A program made the position numbers and the translations under genes. From Octopus bimaculoides (taxonomy: Eukaryota), in assembly GCF_001194135.2 (NCBI RefSeq), contig NC_068985.1, positions 32,755,351-32,809,400 on the forward strand: a stretch of 54,050 nt of DNA. The letters run 5' to 3'. The notes under the pieces are model-generated. The model did no database searches. It had not been told where the DNA came from and was given only the letters and a program-made list of their open reading frames with translations. Below are positions 49,349-54,050 of this stretch, piece by piece (positions within the stretch are counted from its first letter, which is position 1; each line of letters opens with the position of its first letter).

Positions 49349-49394
<46 letters not shown>

Positions 49395-50574
49395 CACACA
49401 CGCACATTCACACACATGCACACACACACACACAAATAAAAATGCATTGATATATCAAAAATACATGTATGCTTGTTAGACACCAAGAGACAACTACCAT
49501 GAGAGAAGGATGAGAGGGATTAATAGAAAGAAAAAAACTGTTAGCATGAGAGAGAGAAAGTACTTTTTGAAGAAAGAAAGAAAGAAAGAAAGGAGGAGGG
49601 ATAGAAAGAAGGAAAGAAAGAAACTTAATGAGAATGTATGGAGAAATAAATGGATGTGCTGCAGTAGTTTATGATTGTTTGGGCTTTTATCATAGTGACA
49701 ATAGAGGTGAAAGAAGATTCTGGAAAATAAATGATATTGATAGTATGTTATAATTATTATTTCATTTTGATATTATTTATAGACTAAACAATAATATTGT
49801 TAATAATTCTTTTTAATAATAATGATTTCTTTTATATTCCACAAGGGTGAATGACAAATTATGAAAAGTAATGAGGATTTATGCAGAATAGATTGTGAAA
49901 AAACAAGCATAGAAAAAAAACAGTATTCAAAAGATATATGATATGATGTTCCAGGGACAGCCACATACAGCCAATCAAGGAACCCAGTGGATCCAGGAAT
50001 ATCATGACTACTAAATGCAAATACCTTCACCTAGCTGTGTCCTCTTGTCAACAGGCACATGTTTAGAGTCGAATTATTTATGTGAACCATTCTGACCACT
50101 TTCATCTACTCTATAACAAAATTAATTGGCAAATAGCACCTCTCTCTCCACTATCACCTCCCTTCCATTATCACTTCCCTCTCCACTATTGATTCTCTCT
50201 CAACTATCCCTTCTTCTCCATGTATAACTTAAAGAAGTTTAGGACGGATTTGCTAAAGCAAATCTTCAGTCCTTGTAATCTTGCCCATCATACAATTTTT
50301 CACTGTAGTTACCAAACGAAGGAACATTGCCAGTCCTTTTTGGTCAAAAGAAAGATGATAGAGCAGTCCTTACTATGGATATGGATGATGGTGACGCTAC
50401 CCCACATAAAGCAACAGCTGTTTAACATAATTCCACAAATCTCAATTGCTTGGACACTGAATGTACCAGTTACTATCTACTCCAATGTCTGCCCAAAGCT
50501 AGATTAATGAATTCCTTTTTGACAAAGCTTTTGTTGTTTATATATTAAAATAACAGTTCTTAGTAGGCCATGAA

Positions 50575-50611
50575 TGACTGATGAAGTGTGACTTTGCAGA
50601 AACATGTCTTA
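50575..50611 (+). ncRNA. Degenerate minimal hammerhead motif
   Basis: tga-CTGATGA-agtgtgactttgca-GAAA-catg-TC-tta: intact core, palindromic stem III and a GUC triplet; stems I and II are weak. Confidence 0.35.
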
Positions 50612-50757
50612 CAGTCTGATGATACACTTCATAACCCAATTCAATGTGGTTTCATACATATTATCTATAGGGAGAATTTTCCCTCCAAGGCAGTAAGCGC
50701 AACAAAGGTCTTTTCATGTTTGAATGTACATGGTCATGTTAAATATAAAGGTAAATA

Positions 50758-51562
50758 TTAGGTTGTCAAGAAAGTTCTTGCAGTTTTTAACCTTTAAGTT
50801 CAGATGCACATATCTCGGCTCAAACAAAACTTTATTAATCGAAATAAACACCATCAGAATCAACACACTTTTGCCAACGTGAAACAAGTTCATTCATGCG
50901 AGTAGAGTAAAAATCCTGCGTTCTGGTGGTGATGAAGTTGTTAAAGGTGTGTTTGGCATCGTCTTGGTTTTTGAAGCATTTCTCATGCAGGAAGTTGTTG
51001 AGATGCTTGAAAAAGTGGTAGTCGGTAGGCGAGAGGTCTGGTGAGTATGGTGGATGAGGCAGAGTTTCAGAGTCCANNNNNNNNNNNNNNNNNNNNNNNN
51101 NNNNNNNNNNNNNNNNNNNNNNNNNNNNNNNNNNNNNNNNNNNNNNNNNNNNNNNNNNNNNNNNNNNNNNNNNNNNNNNNNNNNNNNNNNNNNNNNATGC
51201 ATTTCATCCATTTGCTGACAGTACTTCTCCGCCGTAATGGTTTCGCCTGGATCCAAAAAGCTGTGATGGATGAGACCAGTTGTAGACGACAAAACATCGT
51301 GAGTTGTTTCAGCAGCTTTTCGGCCTAGCTTGAACTGGAATAAGAAAATTGTGCAAATTTGCTTTTTGTCCATGTTGTATTCAATGATCCAGAAAAAAGA
51401 GCTTAATCATTTAAAAAGGAAAAAGAGTAATACGATTAGATAGAGCGAAAATGGGCTTTAAAATGATATATAAAGTCAAAGTAATTTAACGAAAATTTAT
51501 TTGAAAATACATCACTTAAAACCAAAATTAAAAATTCCACAAGAACTTTCATGACAACCTAA
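50758..51562 (-). mobile_element. Complete-ended, internally deleted mariner (Hsmar1/cecropia-like)
   Basis: TIR ttaggttgtca(a/t)gaaagttcttg with TA at 50756-57 and 51563-64. Reads MDKKQICTIFLFQFKLGRKAAET and PYSPDLSPTDYHFFKHLDNFL..RWQKCVDSDGVYFD*; contains a 120-N gap. Confidence 0.93.
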
Positions 51563-51658
51563 TAGCATTATTTTAATTATAAGTGCTTAGTAAATCTTTA
51601 ACTACATACGTAGTATGCCTTTAATATACTCTAATCATCACTATTTAGTGTGTCATTA

Positions 51659-51702
<44 letters not shown>

Positions 51703-52559
51703 TTGTATATGTTAGTGTGGTGCATGTATGTGTGTAGATGTGTGCAAGTGTGAAAGTATAGTGATGTTGGCCTGTAGAGGGTGTTGGTATTAGTGTGTGG
51801 TAATGTGAAAGTATTTGGTGACATCTCTTGTAGATTTTTAGTTCAAATCTCACTTAGGTTTACTCTGCGTTTTCTTCCACTATTGGACAATAAGTAAAAT
51901 ACCAATAATATACTAAGATTAATTTGATCAATTATACACATTCACTAGAATTGTGGTTTTATGCAAAAGGTTAGAAGTCAATATTACAGAATCAATGATA
52001 TTCTAAAATAATATCTCAAGTTGCATTTACTATATGTTGAATTTCAAGGGATTGACATAGAACATACAATTTAATACTGATGTATGTTTAAGATGTATAT
52101 GTAATACCGAGGTATGTTTAAGAGTTATATGAAGAGCTTATATATTACAATGCTTTTCTTTTGTTTGTGATGTATATTTTTCAAAAACATTGTTTTTAAA
52201 TAATTTGTGTAACTAATTTTCTATTATAAATAGGATGACTTTGAAATTTTAACATTTTCATTTTCCCTGAAATAAATATTTTAACATTTAGATGCCCTTT
52301 CTATTGATGACCTACTTAACAGTGTCCATATATACTCATACACACACCATACACACACTCACAACCACATACAAAAGATGTAAGCACTTATACATAACAT
52401 AAGGTTATAGGAAAATGAATATATAGACTTGTATGTATATGCATGCATGTGTGAGTTCATGTCTATAAACTTTACATTGTTTATGTCAATAAAAACAAGA
52501 AGGTTAATGCCTTCTGAATCCATAACTGAATTTTGTCTATATATAAACTAGGATTTTGC

Positions 52560-53040
52560 AATATTATTTTATTCACTTAGCTTTACAGGTTTACACTTTT
52601 ATCACCTTCAAAGTATTCTCCATTTGAAGCAATGCATCAGTCCAAACACATTTTCCACTGTTTGAAGCAGTTCTGTAACTCTTGCAAAGTGATGCTCTTT
52701 AATGCCTCTGTTGTTCTTTTCATCACCTCTTCTACATCTGCAAAATGTTTTCCATCTAAGGACTTTTTCCATTCTGGGAAGCAAAAAGAAAAAAAGTCGC
52801 AGGGAGCAATATCAGGTGGGTAAGTGGGATAATGCCATTTTTGGTCACAAACTGTCTCACACTCAAGGCGGTGTGCACAGGTACATTGTCATGATGAAAC
52901 CACCATTCGCCACAGGTCGGAATGTTTTCATCTCATCACGTCTCGCAAACACTTCAGAACTGCCAAGTAAAATGTCTGGTTAACAGGTTGACCAGGAAGA
53001 ACAAATTCTGTGCGGACAATGCCTTTTGCATCATTGTCTT
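52560..53040 (-). mobile_element. Mariner transposase C-terminal relic
   Basis: DAKGIVRTEFVLPGQPVNQTFYLAVL..HHDNVPVHT..PDIAPCDFF..GKHFADVEEV..CIASNGEYFEGD. Confidence 0.88.
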
Positions 53041-53044
53041 GACA

Positions 53045-54050
53045 TTGGGCATAGAAGTTGGTGGAGAGCTTCAGCTTTGTAAAGGTCTGTGCACCACACC
53101 ACTACAGCTCCTCCCTTGTCAGCTGGTTTGGTGACAATATCTTTGTGGTGTTAGAGACATTGAAGGGCTGAGAGTTCAGCCAGGGAGATGCTGAAATGTC
53201 GGGGTGCCTGCGCACAACATGGCAGATGCTTGCAGAATGATCAGTTACTTAGAACTGGCCAGGAACTGGCATCCTGTGGGATGGTCAGTGGCCCAGGTCA
53301 GTGGTCCAGGTCAGTGGCCCAGGTTAGGGAAACAGTCTTTTTCATTGGATGCAGGTGGAGTGTTGTGGAATAGTGCATGTAACATGACACAGCACACAAA
53401 GTTTTGATTGTCAGCGCAGGTTGAAACTCATTACTGGATGGAGTGAGAGAGATGAAGACCCCTACTGAGAAAAGAGTGCTCCACTTCGGAGAGGGGGAGA
53501 TCAGGAGGAATGGTAACAACAAACTGAAGTGGGAGGGAGGAGGGAAAGTTTGGTGGGGAGGCTGTAGAAGATAGGGGGGAGGAGGAAGTGGTGTGTAGGA
53601 GGGTTGGAGTAATGGAAGGGTAGGAGTGAGAATGATGGAAGATTGGAGGAGGGGTGGGTGTACTGGCATCAAGTGGGACAGGATGAAAGAGTGAGTAAAT
53701 TTTATGTTGTTTAGTGTGAGTGAGAAAGTCATGAAAAATGTAGTTCAGATGGAGGATGAAGCGTAAAGTGGAACATGCAACAGATGGAGAACAGCAGGAA
53801 AAAAGAAAAAAACATGGAATAAGTGAGAAGGAGAAGACAGTGAAGGGTGTGTATTTTGGAGAGATTAGTATGAATGGTGGCATGCATAAAGCGGCAGGAA
53901 GTGCTGTGGTATATGGGTAAGATGGCAGAGGCAGAATGGAAGGTAGGATGGAAAAGGAAGTGGAAACCTTTGGAGATGAGGTTGCGGTGAAGGCAGTGAC
54001 TGAGAAAGGGAACATGACTACAGAAGAGTGTTTTCCAAAAAGTAGGGAAA
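53045..54050 (-). mobile_element. Penelope-like element ORF relic (N-terminus to start of RT)
   Basis: SKGF(H/R)...VVTIPPDLPLSEVEHSFLSRGL...ISLAELSALQCL*HHKDIVTKPADKGGAVVVWCTDLYKAEALHQL (PLE IKPADKG motif); includes a 13-bp repeat x3 at 53283-53322. Confidence 0.82.

Overview
AT-rich animal genomic scaffold with 8 N-gaps and dense (CA)n, (TA)n, (AG)n, (CAT)n and (GAA)n microsatellites. The repeat families look like those of Octopus; this is an inference from recognised SINE and LINE sequences, not from a database hit. No intact host protein-coding gene can be supported. The window is almost entirely decayed mobile DNA: many RTE-clade LINE pieces, three CR1/L2-like RT fragments, an R4/Dong-like RLE LINE interrupted by young SINEs, a Penelope-like ORF, a Gypsy integrase piece, an internally deleted Helitron, six mariner relics (two with both TIRs and TA TSDs), Tc1 and hAT relics, hAT- and piggyBac-type MITEs, and several tRNA-derived SINE families. 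The most interesting observations are: (1) a ~350-bp repeat array with one inverted unit, carrying type I hammerhead ribozyme motifs; (2) a second inverted hammerhead pair near 7 kb; (3) a compositionally foreign TpA-rich island at 19.2-20.8 kb with two paralogous segments diverged at codon periodicity; (4) an H-type pseudoknot with compensatory changes in the RTE 3' UTR, whose neighbouring unit has expanded into a VNTR; (5) 76-81-bp candidate 5'-UTR introns in three different mariners. All translations and alignments were done by eye.
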